Part shown: positions 62,669 to 64,000 of the stretch, one piece after another
Layout: each line of letters begins with the position of its first letter
Position numbering within the stretch: the first letter of the stretch is position 1
DNA from: Raillietiella orientalis
Lineage: Eukaryota
Assembly: GCA_036172245.1 (NCBI GenBank)
Contig: JAYWIR010000004.1
Location: 5,270,001 to 5,334,000, forward strand
Length of the DNA: 64,000 nt
Direction of reading: 5' to 3'
Program-made: the position numbers and the translations under genes
Notes under the pieces: generated by a model
Told to the model about the DNA's origin: nothing
The model's input: the letters and a program-made list of their open reading frames with translations, nothing else
Database searches by the model: none

Positions 62669-64000
62669 ATGTTTATCGCTCAGCAGCAAATCGAGAAAAT
62701 GAGTCGATGCGCTCTCGGCATTGTGCTGATGGCGCTTCCTGCGCTCTTCCTACTCGGTCTTCCCGCAGTTTCTCTTCTTTTGAAAAGCGAGGAAGCGAAA
62801 CATTCGTATGTGCTCGGGATGTGCGTTTCCGGGAGCTCAGTCTTTTTTATCACTCGTGGGTCTCCTTGGCAGAGAGGGAGATGAGGAAGAAACGGTTTGT
62901 GGGGCCTCGAGTCCGTGGTGGCGTAGTTTTTGGTGCTCATTGAACTCTCGTGCGCATGCCCACAGGGTAGCTTCGCGGCGCTGCTCTTTCGGCCTTTTTT
63001 GCAAGCATCCCCGACCAACATCATCAATTGTCCAGAAGCTGCGTCCGCTCAGAGCCCTGTAGAAGGGCATTCCGGGTGGACCTGCGAAAATTGCGCCTCC
63101 CGGTAGCCATGAGAAGCGCCGCGAGGAAGGGAGGTGACGGTGCGGGCAAACAATCGGGCCTTCGTTCTTCCGATGTTACTGGGGATACCGCGAGAGGACT
63201 GTCGTTTCTCCAGCTGGCGCAGTGATCGGGAAGGAGAGAGAGGACTCGGAAGGACAGAGGCAGCGCCATCTCCGCTCTTCAGGAGTGGGCATCGTTCCCG
63301 CCACCTTCCAGGAGAGGCGAGTGCTCTTTTTCCGCTCCCGACGTCTCCGCCGCACTGAGTTCCACGCAGAGCGGGCAGGAGCGGCGCAGCCGCCGGTGAT
63401 GAAGTTGGTGCAGACAGTGGTGGTCAGCGAGGCCGGGCGCTCCCCGAGTTCATCCTGGGTTATGCCCAGAATGTTCTCCTTCGCAGGACATGCTGGACAC
63501 AACCGGGGCTGCGATGGAGGGCCTCCGAATCCCTTTTCCCCAGCTCGCGCAGTCCACTGTGGTTCCCGCGGGTGGAGGGAGACCCAGTGCTAGTCGAGGA
63601 ATCGGCAGAGGGCAGGTGCCCCACCGGTTCCTTGCAGCCACCTGTGCATCGATCGAGGCAAGCGTCATTCGCTGACCTCTTCCTTGCCGTCCTTTCCGGG
63701 GACCTTCGGACAGGGAGTCCGGCCACAGCCCTCGTTTTCGCCGGCTTCAAGAGAGAAAGGGAGAAGGAAGAGGGGGGCACACCCTGCTGGGCGTCTGAGA
63801 CCCCCCTAGCCTCTTCCCACGAAAGAAGGTACTGCGCTCGCAGTGCTTTCCGGTGTTTTCAGGGCATTGAGTCACCCCTCGCCGCTGTCTCCAGAGTTGA
63901 CTCTGCCAACGTGACCCTGTAGTCATGAGGTCCGCTCTTTCGAGACCAGGGGCTCGTCCCCAGGCGATCCGCTTCAGCTCTGTGGAGCGCCCTGTCAGTA
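62669..64000 (+). mobile_element. PIF/Harbinger transposase pseudogene (runs to the window edge)
   Basis: Hydrophobic N-terminus, SPWWRSF, AFRVD (63067-63081), ARGLSFLQLA, LVQTVVVSEAGR, GCDGG, VLSGD, SHERRYCARSAFRCFQG. Confidence 0.75.

Noticed and set aside
1..64000. CRISPR array, rRNA/ITS, tRNA or prokaryotic operon
   Set aside because: No regularly spaced repeat-spacer units, no conserved rRNA or tRNA sequence recognised, and no gene-dense coding structure. The GC-rich texture resembles rDNA spacers only superficially.

Overview
Eukaryotic, very GC- and CpG-rich DNA, probably animal (low confidence; inferred from Tx1/L1-type LINEs, Harbinger elements with MADF/SANT partners, and YY1/CRE-like motifs). 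I find no intact protein-coding gene except a probable first coding exon on the minus strand at the left edge (1-120). Reading degenerate protein motifs across frames shows that most of 1.5-64 kb is a dense graveyard of heavily decayed transposons. It holds about 17 L1/Tx1-like non-LTR retrotransposon remnants (APE endonuclease, RT and C-terminal CCHC motifs in the expected order, several near full length) and 6 PIF/Harbinger transposase pseudogenes, 4 of them with a convergent MADF/Myb-SANT ORF. Most long ORFs in the track are artefacts of GC richness. Notable structure: apparent AT-to-GC-directed decay of the dead elements, polypurine tracts inside dead ORFs, a de novo perfect palindrome, a ~150 bp-arm inverted repeat at the centre of nested inverted LINE copies, and frequent strand alternation of neighbouring LINEs. 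All family calls come from motif recognition by eye, and element boundaries are approximate (about +/-100-300 bp).
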